From Octopus bimaculoides (Eukaryota): a stretch of DNA of 40,612 bases. Below are positions 10,529-21,924 of this stretch, piece by piece. Every line of letters begins with the position of its first letter. Position 1 is the stretch's first letter. The DNA lies in contig NC_068999.1 of assembly GCF_001194135.2 (NCBI RefSeq), positions 41,911,500-41,952,111 of the forward strand, in the 5' to 3' direction. The notes under the pieces are model-generated. The model was given only the letters and a program-made list of their open reading frames with translations, was not told the origin of the DNA and did no database searches. Made by a program: the position numbers and the translations under genes.

Positions 10529-11136
10529 CTGCCAAGGAAACAAAATAATTCTATGGATTAAAAATGTGGAACCAAAATTCAAAACAATGCAACTAAAGTA
10601 TTACTTTTAAGATTGTGGTTTCAATTCTTGGCGAGGGCAGCAAGTTGTGTTTTTGAGCAAAACACTTCATTTTGTGTTGCTTCGGTCATTCAGATGGCAA
10701 AAATGCGTAGCCCTGTGACTGACCGGCATTCTGTCTAGTGCAGGAATATATATACCACAGAATTCGGAAAACTGGCATTGTGAGTCTTTAGATTGCGAAG
10801 CTGTCCGAGACTAAATTCCTATCTCTTGGACGGGATGCTGGTCCGTCATAGAGTTAACTCCCCCAGCTGGAGCAAATTTTATAATTGAGGGGACCAGAGC
10901 AACATGAACTGCAGTGTTTTGCTCAATAACACAACGCATTACTCCGCCTTGGGAATTGAACTCACAATCTCGCAATCATGAGTGCAGTACCCTAACCACC
11001 AGGCCATGCACTTTCATAAGTAATTAATTGAGTAAATTACGTAAAACTTAAATATAATAAAATACAATAAAAAGAAATTAAGACAACAACAGCAGCAACA
11101 ACAATAGCTAGATGGTAATTGTTAATGAACACTTAC

Positions 11137-11202
11137 TTTTTATTGGGATCAAGTTTTTCCCAGTTTGGGCAAGTCCCAGGGCGACAAAATTCTATTAAAG
11201 CA
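11137..11202 (-). CDS. jbug: Filamin-family exon, CH2 middle (66 bp, too short for the ORF track)
   Basis: Acceptor tttgtctatttctag|T, donor AA|gtaagt. Reads (H)ALIEFCRPGTCPNWEKLDPNK(K), matching the filamin CH2 ALVDxCxPGLCPDW motif. Phase 2/2 fits both neighbouring exons. Confidence 0.93.
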
Positions 11203-11493
11203 CTAGAAATAGACAAATGAATAAATAATTTCAACGCATCAATAAATAAAATAACAAGAGCAGTAACGGCAACAACAACAAAACCCTCGAAGAATTATTG
11301 GTTAGGCATCAATGTCTTTTTTTACTCTAGAACAGTCATTCTTACATCAAACTGCAAACTCTGAACCCGATTTTGTTTATTTACTCAATATAACAATCAC
11401 TGATGATGATGATGACGATGATTATGTTATAACAGCCGATATAAATGTTGGTTGGCTGGCTGGTTGGTTGATTTCTCCAGTTATGCTTTACAT

Positions 11494-11545
<52 letters not shown>

Positions 11546-12207
11546 NNNNNNNNNNNNNNNNNNNNNNNNNNNNNNNNNNNNNNNNNNNNNNNNNNNNNNN
11601 NNNNNNNNNNNNNNNNNNNNNNNNNNNNNNNNNNNNNNNNNNNNNNNNNNNNNNNNNNNNNNNNNNNNNNNNNNNNNNNNNNNNNNNNNNNNNNNNNNNN
11701 NNNNNNNNNNNNNNNNNNNNNNNNNNNNNNNNNNNNNNNNNNNNNNNNNNNNNNNNNNNNNNNNNNNNNNNNNNNNNNNNNNNNNNNNNNNNNNNNNNNN
11801 NNNNNNNNNNNNNNNNNNNNNNNNNNNNNNNNNNNNNNNNNNNNNNNNNNNNNNNNNNNNNNNNNNNNNNNNNNNNNNNNNNNNNNNNNNNNNNNNNNNN
11901 NNNNNNNNNNNNNNNNNNNNNNNNNNNNATATATATATATATATATACCTATATATTTAGAGTTATATGTGGCTATGGTATGCCCAAATATGGCTATAAT
12001 ATGCATCTCCAGCCTGGAACCCTCATTTTTACCAGTAGGGGGGTACCGAACGTTATAAAAAACAACAACAACACTGTTTATAACAGACAACACGGCAAAA
12101 GGCAGCATTCTCGCCCCCTGTAATTGATACTATAGCCAAACTGAAAAAGAGGCATTGGTGATTCCCCCCCCCCCCCTTGTAATTGATATTATTGTTACAG
12201 GCACAGT

Positions 12208-12707
12208 GTTACCAAGCCTAGGAATGCTTGTAACAATTTGACAATCGTTGGGGGAAGTATATTCCATATTGCTATTGCTCTTGATGGGTCTGGCCTTTGT
12301 GCCTTCGTCCCCTTTCATCAATTAGCTCTGGTATTTGATTTTTTTTTTCATCAAAAATTCATTTTTTTTCTGTAAGTCTAAACCCGTATTCTTTTATTTT
12401 TCCAAATACTTATGGTCAAAGTTTTGCTCCACTGACTCTCACTTCATCAAAATATTGAGATAAGCAATAGAGAAGTTGCAATCATTTAACATTGCGTCCA
12501 TTACTTGCTGGAATATGGCAGGTGCCACTGTTACTCCAAAAGGAAGTTGCTTGAATTTATACAGTCCACGGTGTGTGTTGATTATTAAAAGGTGTGTGCA
12601 ATCTTGCTCTACTTGTACCTATAGATAGGTCTTCGAGAGGTCTAACTTCCAGAAAATCTTTCCTTCATTTAATCTTGAGAACACTTATGGGATTGGTAAT
12701 GGGTAGT
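12208..12707 (-). mobile_element. Decayed Ty3/gypsy reverse-transcriptase fragment
   Basis: Minus frames read YPLPIP*VFSRLNEGKIFWKLDLSKTYL*VQVEQDCTHLLIINTHRGLYKFKQLPFGVTVAPAIFQQVMDAMLNDCNFSIAYLNILMK, then IKEYGFRL and DPSRAIAIWNILPPTIVKLLQAFLGL. These are gypsy RT motifs with stops, frameshifts and a destroyed YLDD. Confidence 0.88.
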
Positions 12708-12817
12708 TCACCATTTAAGATTTAAGGAAAGGTAGGGAGCCATACTTTCTTGATCCCTTTGATCCTTAAAAGGTAAACCCGTTGTATCTAATGTAAAAGA
12801 AACTGGATTTTACTTAC

Positions 12818-13007
12818 TGCAAAGCCACTCCGTCATTCCAGCTGCTGCTGAAATTCTTGATAGAACATTTTGGAAGAGCATATTGTAACCAAATCAACAT
12901 CATTTTCTTCGGTGGGAATTTTGTTTTTCCGATTTGGTAACGAAGAATTAAATGCCATATTAAACCGAGGATCAACTTGAGGTTTCCTTCTACTATGTCT
13001 TCAGCTC
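12818..13007 (-). CDS. jbug: Filamin-family (jitterbug/FLN-2-like) exon: end of CH1, linker, start of CH2
   Basis: Translates (G)AEDIVEGNLKLILGLIWHLILRYQIGKTKFPPKKMMLIWLQYALPKCSIKNFSSSWNDGVAL. GNLKLILGLIW is the filamin/alpha-actinin CH1 signature. Acceptor tttctttgtcag|GA (phase 1), donor CA|gtaagt (phase 2), 190 bp. The symbol is an orthology call from the three-CH architecture and remembered motifs, not a search result. Confidence 0.93.
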
Positions 13008-13396
13008 CTGACAAAGAAACAAAGATAAACGCCATTAAACTCAGAGGAAGAAAAGGGAACGGTTAAAAGAAAACCGTGAAAGAAAAAAAAATAATGAAAA
13101 AAAAAACACCATGGTTGATTCTTCATTCTTTGATGTGGTTGAACAACCAATCGTAACCAGTTGGGACTATTGTTGAATACAAAACGTGGCTTGCAAGACC
13201 TTTGGGTAGTTTTCCCGAGTCACCCTCTCACCCTTGGACGCCAAACCGTCACAGATTTTCCCATTTATATCTCAGCGGACTGAAATGAAATGAAATGTTT
13301 TGCTCAATAATACAACGCACAACTTGCCTGGGAATCGAAACCACGATCTCACGATCGTGAGTGCAACGCCTAAACCACAGGATCATGCGCCTAGTG

Positions 13397-13575
13397 CAGT
13401 GGTTGCCAACCTTTTCATCACCAAGGGCTCCCTTTATTTAAATGAGTTTTCCCACAGATCCCTTTTAATATGCTTATCCTTATGTATATATGAAATTTTG
13501 AATTTAGTTCATGGGCCCCCAGTACTACCTTTGCAGACCACCAGGCGTCCAAGGACCCCAGGTTAGGAACCATTG
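13397..13575. mobile_element. hAT (Charlie-like) MITE
   Basis: TIRs CAGTGGTTGCCAACCT / AGGTTAGGAACCATTG (13/16). The 8-bp flanks gcctagtg / gccttatt match 5/8, consistent with an eroded TSD. Confidence 0.6.
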
Positions 13576-15398
13576 GCCTTATTAGTCTACATCACGTTGA
13601 AAATACCGGTTCTCGTTCATGGGTAATGAACGTGAACAGATGTGTAACTGTCGTAGTGATTGTTTAGCTCCAGTTAAACCAGTTTCAAGTAAATCTTTGG
13701 TCAGAAGGTAATCATTCAAGTCATGGCTACTTCGTCCTGTCATCAATGATAACTTAGCCCGTATTATATCGTCCCATCGGCGTTGGTGTGTTAACGACCT
13801 CGTAACTTAGCCGTTCAGCAAAAGAAACTGATAGAATAGGTACCAGGTTTTAAAAGAAAAAAGTATTGCGGTCCACTAATTCGAATAAAATTTCTCAAGG
13901 CGGCGCCCCAGCATGATCGCAGTCTAATGACTACAACAAGTAAAAGATAAAAGAATATTTGGTGTAAATAGTGATGTTCGACAGGTTTCAGATTTTTAAT
14001 ATTTTTTCTTAAGGCGGCAAAGTGGCAGAATTGTTAGCATGCTGGGCAAAATGATTAGCAGCATTTCGTCCGTCCTTGGGGGATGAAAACTGTGTAGAAG
14101 CCAGTCGTGTCTATGTGTGATTGGGTGTGTCCTGCACCGCTTGACAGCTGGTGTTGGCTTCTTGACGCCAATTTAGTGGTTCGGCAAAAGAGACCGATAA
14201 AATAAGCGCTGGGATCGATATATTTCAGTAAACCCTTCAAGCCGGTGCCCCAGCATGGTCGTAATCAATTATCCATCTCTTTGACCGATATTTGAAGTGT
14301 TTTGCCTTGGTTTGAAATCGATAGAAATTGAGTGGAATCGATTTAAAGCTTATCTTTCAAGGACAACAGCGATAAGGACGACTGGAATTGATTATTGGTT
14401 ATTGTAGGCAGGAAAAGCTTTAAGATCCGGATATGAATGCACGTGTCTTAGTGGTTTGGGTAGTCGGTTTATGATCGTGACGTCGTGAGTTCAATACCTA
14501 GCAGTGCTTTGTGTCCTAGAGCAAGATGCTTTATTTCGCGTTACTCCTGTCAAAAAGGAGTTGTACCTGTACTTCAAAGGGCTACTCGTGATCGCAAGAT
14601 CATGGTTTCGATTCAAGGACTGGGTGAGGCGTTGTGCCCTTAAGTAAAACACTTCACTCCACATTGTTCCAGTTAATTCAGCCACAAATGAATTACTTCT
14701 TTGTGACGGACTGGCGTCTCGTTCAAGGTGGAATGTTGCGATCTCGTTCACTTATACACCGGGTAACCAGACCTATTTGCCCTGGGACTCGAGACAGTAA
14801 TGTCGAGAAGTTGACGATGATGATGATAACGAGTGTAATTTGAGTGAGATTTGACTGGTTGAGTGACAACAAAGAAGCTTTCACATTGACTCACGACAGA
14901 CATGCACAAACAGATGAGTCACTCATCGCTATGGAGCGATGAGTGCTATTTCATCTATCGCAGGTCACGGAAAATAAAATGTCAACCCATTGAAGCCATG
15001 TGGTCTACTAACGACCCTCAAAGATAAAGGGACAAATAAATAGTTTCTTTATAATGAAATTGCTGTGCACATGGTCGCGTGGTTAAGAAACATTCTTTGC
15101 AGCCGCGTTGTTACGAGTTCAGAATTTTGAACAAGTGTCTTATTATAGCCCCAGGCCGACCAATGTCTTGTGAGTGAATTTAGTATGTGGAAGCCCGATG
15201 TACATATTCATGAGTGCCTGTGTTCTTCCAGCCATTTGACAACAGGCGTTGGTTTGCTTACGTCCGCGTAACTTAGTGATTCGGTAAAGAAACCGATAAA
15301 ATAAATAGAAAAATTATATGTACTGGAGTTCATTTGGTTGACTAAACACCAGCATAGTCACAGGTCAATGACTGAAACAAGAGAAAAGATATAGTGTT

Positions 15399-15493
<95 letters not shown>

Positions 15494-16920
15494 GAGAAAG
15501 AGAGAAAGAGAGATAGAGAGAGAAAGAGAGAAAGGAAAAGCGAATGTGTGTGTGTGAGGGCAAAGGGAATTGCTGAATTACATAACTCATGATTTTCTAG
15601 AGATTATTGCTAATTCTAATCGAACATCTTCAACATGGAATCGAAACTTCAATGTAGTTTTCTTTGGAAGTTAACTTCTTCATCTGGCTACTTGTTATCT
15701 CCCCCACCCCACTTCCACGCACGATAATTTCTTTTTGGCGCTTTTCTCGTTTGCATCCAGTGATAACATTCCCATCACTGGATCTACCAAATATTTTTAA
15801 GAGTGCATTCACCACAGAAGCCAAGAAACAAACAAAAATGCAAAAATGTTTTTCGCGAGTGGACACAATAACAGAATTTCAGGGGAGTGAGAAATATGAA
15901 GATGTGGCATTGATGCCTTTTCTAAAAGGCTTTAAACGAGTAGGTTGAGGTGAAATGGCCTCAGAGGAAAATAAAAAAGCTTGTTGATGTCTCGTCATTC
16001 CAAAAGCTTTTCATTGCTCTGCGATGTTTGTCGCATCACAGTCGTTGTTGCCGTTTAGCCCTCGGTTAACCCTGACCCAGTAGACATATGATCAAAGATG
16101 GTCATATGATCAAAGATGGTCCAACCGTGACCATCCAGTTTTTTTTTCTTTTTTTTGAAGGCATAATTTAAGATTAGGATTATATTTTCCATTGTGCCCT
16201 TTAAGATATCAAAGCTGCGGTTTTGAAACAACGCGTTGCAAGGGGTCTCTACGTACGTCACAGAATGTTTAAAAAAATAAAATCTAAAGATTTAGACAAA
16301 CCATCCTAATGCTGGAGCGTCTCGAAAACTTGTTATAGACCAGTTTATGAAATAAAGTAAGGCAAGCACTAGTTTTCTTTGTAACTCTCCCCGCTTATAT
16401 TTCTAAATTTGAAACAGCCTTCTTTCTTCTTAATTTTCCATACGAACTGCTCTAATAATTTATTTGTTATCTTGTGTGTCACAATGACAAAACGATCGAC
16501 AACTCTAACAGGTAAACGTGATTTAACGAGGATTTAAATCTTAGTTTTAGCAGATCTAGCGACGGTTAGTTAGTCAAGTCTCACATTCTCTCTCTCTTTC
16601 TTTCTTTCTTTCTCACGCACATATACAAATATGCACACATGAACGCATATATTTATAAGCATGAATGCACACGTCTGTAAACATGAATGCTTTCATGAAA
16701 TAGAATATCTTCCAGCTGACACGGTCTGCCATTTGAATGAAAACTGATAGTAGTTCTCTTTAGGTTTCTGAAAATCTTGGGTGGGACAACATTTGTTCCT
16801 TAACGCAAGTGTAGAAAATGAAAGGTGTATTAATTGCAGCAACATCAAAGACAAAGTATGTTTAAGCGTCAACACACACTCTCTCTCTCTGTATGCATAT
16901 GCGTAGGTATATATATATAT

Positions 16921-17046
16921 ATCGAAACAAGGTGGTAAAAATAGTACTCGGATACCAGAGGTAGAGCAATATGCTTTATGAAAAAGCAGCAAAAATATCA
17001 TAAAACTGTTACTCAGAGTTTCACGTTCCCGTCTGTGGGACAGTTT
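16921..17046 (-). mobile_element. Penelope-like terminal-repeat fragment with a minimal type I hammerhead relic
   Basis: Minus strand 17046-17003: AAACTGT-CCCACAG-ACG GGAA CGT-GAAA-CTC T GAG-TA-ACAGTTT. It sits between (TA)n runs. PLE origin is inferred from the hammerhead architecture. Confidence 0.6.
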
Positions 17047-17054
17047 ATATATAC

Positions 17055-17119
<65 letters not shown>

Positions 17120-17178
17120 CGTGTATATATGTGCACACGTGTGTATGTATGTATGTATACATATACTTGAGTATGTGC

Positions 17179-17261
<83 letters not shown>

Positions 17262-17415
17262 TATACATATATATACACATGTGTGTATGTATGCATATAT
17301 ACTTGTGTGTATGTGTGTACGCATATATATGTGTGTGTATGCAAATATGCGTTTCATCGTATATCTATGCATGTATACGTCTGTCTGCCTGTCTATCTCC
17401 CCCTCTCTCTCTCTA
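17045..17415. repeat. Compound (GT)n/(AT)n/(CT)n microsatellite
   Basis: Directly visible; it explains several spurious ORFs. Confidence 0.95.
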
Positions 17416-17614
17416 TAAAACAACAATCTTCATATGCTTAACGTCGATATACTTAAATCTTCCAGGAACATTACTTTGTGATCCTAAAAACGATTGAATA
17501 TACTAATTTAGCCCTAGGTATAATGACTGAAAAACAAAGACAGGTTGACCACAGCTCGAACCCCGATCGGACGATTAAAATTTGTTATCGCCCTTACCTT
17601 CTATATAGTCTTGC

Positions 17615-17820
17615 ATCAACCCTGATAGAACAGAGACATATATGATCAAAGATATTCTAGCCGAAATCATCCCACATTTGCTTTGTTTTTCCAGGTAAAG
17701 CGTAGCTCAGACAACATTATTCAATGTGTCCGTCCCTCATCAAGGACGATAGTGAGTGCGTGTGAATTGAGGGATATTTTAGCCACTGTTTCTAGCAGAT
17801 CGAGTGACCGCGAAGAGGCT
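17615..17820 (+). repeat. Dispersed repeat family E (ccctgatc..agacctatgatcaaag...gctgtttctagcagatcgagtgacc)
   Basis: Homologous pieces lie at 4765-4955, 16060-16145, 30105-30230, 36035-36150 (+) and 35220-35420 (-). Class unknown. Confidence 0.6.
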
Positions 17821-18228
17821 TAATTGTTTGTTGGTTACAGGATTCATCATTGATTGTTGTGGCATTTATGACAGAACCATTTTAGTTCATGAGAAAACCC
17901 ATTTTATAGGAATTTCAAAACGTGAGTTCGCTTTTCCTTGTGTTTTATTTCTAAAGACGCTCTCCATTGTAAACGTGTCATGTACTTGAATATTAATATG
18001 GCACGCTTTGAATGAAATACATTCTTGGTTGGATTTTATGNNNNNNNNNNNNNNNNNNNNNNNNNNNNNNNNNNNNNNNNNNNNNNNNNNNNNNNNNNNN
18101 NNNNNNNNNNNNNNNNNNNNNNNNNNNNNNNNNNNNNNNNNNNNNNNNNNNNNNNNNNNNNNNNNNNNNNNNNNNNNNNNNNNNNNNNNNNNNNNNNNAA
18201 ATGTACTGAGTTAATCCTGTACCCCTTA

Positions 18229-18507
18229 CAGACGAAATACTGCTAAGCATTTCGCCCGGCCTACTAACGTTTCTTATTTCTTTATTGCCCACAAGGGGCT
18301 AAACATAGAGGGAACAAACAAAGACAGACAAAGAGATTAAGTCGATTACATCGACCCCAGTACGCAACTGGTACTTAATTTATCGACCCCGGAAGGATGA
18401 AAGGCAAAGTTGATCTCGGCGGAATTTGAACTCAGAACGTAACGGCAGACGAAATACCGCTAAGCATTTCGTCCGGCGTACTAACGTTTCTGCCAGCTCG
18501 CCGCCTT
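18229..18507 (-). mobile_element. SINE B, long-tail subfamily, followed by a 46-bp repeat of its own head
   Basis: B head and core with tail ...ccctctatgtttagccccttgtgggcaataaagaaata. 18229-18274 repeats 18446-18491 (43/46). Confidence 0.85.
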
Positions 18508-18879
18508 ATTAAACAAAATATATTAAATCATAATCTGCGCTAGATTTAGACAAAGATGAGGCGCTAAGCTATATAAAGTTTGGAGACTATTTGTTAAAAA
18601 TTGATACCAGGAGGTGAACAAACTGCCGACTCAGTTGTTTTGTATTTGTTTAGGCTTTTTGCGTTCTGAGTTCAAATCCTGTCATGGATTAAGTGGGTGG
18701 TTGACGTAACCTGTCCAGCTTAACACCATCAACTGTCTATTTGGGTGCCTTTAGAGGAATCCACTGTTGCGAGCATTCAAGCATGAGTTGGGGTTTTGGT
18801 CTAATCCCTTCCCTTCTCACCAGTTTTGGAAACCCTGTAAAAGATTATAGATAATGCCTTTGCTCCTGAGTGAAAATAA

Positions 18880-19200
18880 AACCCCGAAAACCAAGCGAAT
18901 CAAAGTTCTCCATCAACAAACTCCAAATGTTTGTGAATAGATGTCTCTGGGTCATGCTTAGAGAGAAATGGTGAAAGACAAACTCACAAACAAAGCCTTG
19001 TGGGAACAGACGAACCAGCAACACTGTCGAAACCCAGATTAAAAGGAGTAAATGGAATGTAGTTGGCTGCGACACACCCAACGGAAGCCTGATTCCAACA
19101 TTACAAGGCAAGCTGTTTGGTAAACACTCAAAGACAGAAGAATGGTAGATGAAAAACAACATGAAAATATTAATCGCGTCGAAGCTCAAAGGATGAAACT
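18880..19200 (+). mobile_element. Decayed RTE-clade LINE, C-terminal RT region
   Basis: Reads SINKLQMFVNRCLWVML..DKLTNKALWEQTNQQ..VETQIKRSKW...RKPDSNITRQAVW, close to the RTE motif KLQVFVNRCLRRIL..ISNEELWERT...IKRRKWxWIGHTLRK...ITRQAL. Confidence 0.8.
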
Positions 19201-21924
19201 ACAGAATTGTTCGAAGAGAATTTAAATCGGGCCCCCTCTAACACCCCGGGTGGGTTTTATCACCAAAGTCAATCAAATGACGGGTGTATTTGCTTAGTCA
19301 CAGGTCAGTTACGACCAAGAGTCACAGTCAAATGTATTCTTCAATCTTTTAAGACACTATGGTGGAATGGAGAGGAATTTGGTTATTATCTTTAAGAAGT
19401 CGAGCGACCATGTCAAGCTCCATTGTCGGGTGATAATAATTAAAAAGGTTTATGACGGAAAAGTCGCTAGGGGGATGATTGGTAGTATGTTCGATTAAAT
19501 CCCTTTTTCACCCTTATTCTTCACTGGTGGCACCTATTTTATTCGACCTTACCCTTCTAAAGGGATTAATGGAAGCAAAGTCATCCGCAGGTCCGATTTG
19601 AACTCGGAACGTTAAGTACAATGTATTGGCTCCTAGGACAACGCAGACTGATTCTGCCATTTAATACACTTCACCTGGCTAATTAAATATTTGAATAATT
19701 AACATAATATATGTTGAGCTTGGAGAGTGAACAACGTTCTTAAATAAGGTCAATGGTACTATAGAACACCACTCCCCTTCAGCTAAGCCGAACCCCCTCT
19801 CTCTTTCCACTATATTTCTCTCTCGCTTCCTCTCTACAGTTCTTATCCTCTTTGTCTTTTCTTTACTCCCTCACATCATTTCTTTATCTTGTCTTTCCCC
19901 TTCTCTAGTATTTCCTTTTATTTTTGCTGACGATTGCTCTTTCTTCCTTCCTTCCTTCCTTCCTTTCCCCTCTCTCTTACTCTCTCTTCCCTCAAGATTT
20001 GTAGATTTCCTTTCGAGTTTTTTTTGTTTTTTAAATCTTTAAAAAAATGTTCTTGTTCCATTTAAGCCAAATAAACACAAACCCTTCAAACAAACTCTTC
20101 AATATTTGAAAGCAGCAAAACGCAAAAAAAAGCCAACAACAACAAAAGACAAAATAGACAAAAAGAAAGCCAAAGAGCCGCCCTCCACCTCCATTCCAAC
20201 GTCCAAGAAGTTTGGATTTAGATCTTTTGTCGTTGATGACAAAATGAGAGGTGTTTGTGTGTGTGTGTGTGGGGGGGGGAGATATATATGTTTGCATAAG
20301 CTTCAAATAAAAAATAAATTAATCAAAAGTTACTAAATGGAGAAAATATTATGTAACCAGGTGGCGCTGTTAAATTAGACATGGCCAAGGCCAATACTGT
20401 CCGAAACTTGGCAAAATTTAACTTCATCGCTCACGGCTCAAATATTCNNNNNNNNNNTGTTGTGTAAGGTATATGCCAGAGGTGTTTAAACCCCCACCCA
20501 AGGGATAGATATATCCAAAGGCACTCCACACAGTGAGACTGAACCTGGAACCATGTGGTTAGGAAGCAAGCATCTTTCCACACAGCCACGCCTGCGCCTA
20601 TACATGTGTGTGTGTGTGTGTGTGTGTGTGAATACATAACATATTACATTACACCCACCCACTCATAAACGTGTCTGTGTGTGTGTGTATGCAGGTGTAT
20701 GTGATTGTATAGTTTACTTCGACAGTCGGTCATTTAAAACCATCGACTTCCCCATCAGCGGTGCTATTGCACTTTAATAATGCCGAAGCACGAAGCTCAG
20801 AAAATACAAATCAATGTTTGCACACGTGTGTGCACACGCACACGTGTGTATTACACTCGAGCTGCTTTCGAACAGGTACAAGAAAAGCGAGAGACAGCTT
20901 ACGAGGAGTAGAGGAAGTTACCTAAAGTCACCAACAGGCCGTCGTAGGTAAACATTTACCTCATTACTAATGCAAAAACAACATCCAGGAAAGCAACACG
21001 TCTTTGTACCACGCACGTCCTACACTCTTACTCATCGCCCCATCCTCTTTCTCTCTCTCTCTTTGTAGTGTCTCTGCTTCCTCGTCCTCCATCACTCCTC
21101 GCCTTTCTCTCTCAAGTGTACACTTTAACCTTTAATCAAAATCATATCCTGCTAATTTTTTGAAACTTTACCTGTCAACTCTCGAGTCAAATATTTACGA
21201 GAAGGAGCGTACATGGTTACCTCGACTTACTAAGAGTAGAAGCTAAACTTCCTTTAAATTACATTCCACAGTCTAAAAGAGTAATGGTCTTCGGTCGGAG
21301 CGATGAGGACAATCTAGTCATCCCTAAGAATGACCGATGGCCTTCCCATTGGCCTTGCTTCAAAGTGAAGAAGCGTTGTGCATTGTAAATCTCACTCTCT
21401 CTGTCCGTGACCATCTTCAATTCAATGACAAGACCAGGTCAAGACGACTGGAGATGGAAACGGACGAAGTGGATGACCAAGATGTGCTACTCCCCTCGTC
21501 TTGCTCTCTGACCTTTACAATCAGTTGCTTCTTGTCCGGGTCAGAGCAGACCTGGAACCACTTGAGGATAAGAGGTGGTTCCATGCTTCCCAAAACCCCG
21601 AAACTCCTGAACTGAAATGAGAAACGAGAACATAAAAAACAAAAACATAGAAAACGAACTTTTTTTCGAACAACGACGGAAACAAATAGAAAAACGAGAC
21701 GGGCAACATTATCCATCTTTCTTTCTTCCACTTCCTTCTTAAAGACAAGACGTGCTTTTTGCCTGTCTCTTCTCAAAGCTCGTTTTTCCAGCGTTCACCA
21801 CTTCACATCATCTTGGCTTAACAGCCCTCACCATTTGTTTTTACTGTTTTGTTCTTACTGTCCTGTTTTTGTTACCACTTTAACCCTCTGCAAAAATTCC
21901 CAAATTTTATTTAATTTGCTTTGC

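Noticed and set aside
9005-12818. Idea that CH3 arose by recent exon duplication of CH2
   Set aside because: Intron positions differ (after WNDGVAL in CH2, before TDWNDG in CH3) and there is no visible DNA similarity, so the duplication is ancient.
13140-13175. Minus-strand QLVTIG resembling the missing CH1 exon end KLVNIG
   Set aside because: An in-frame TAG lies just upstream, the donor is poor and there are no other CH1 motifs.
15755-15783. 10-bp hairpin atccagtgat-N9-atcactggat
   Set aside because: Isolated; a few such hairpins are expected by chance in 40 kb.
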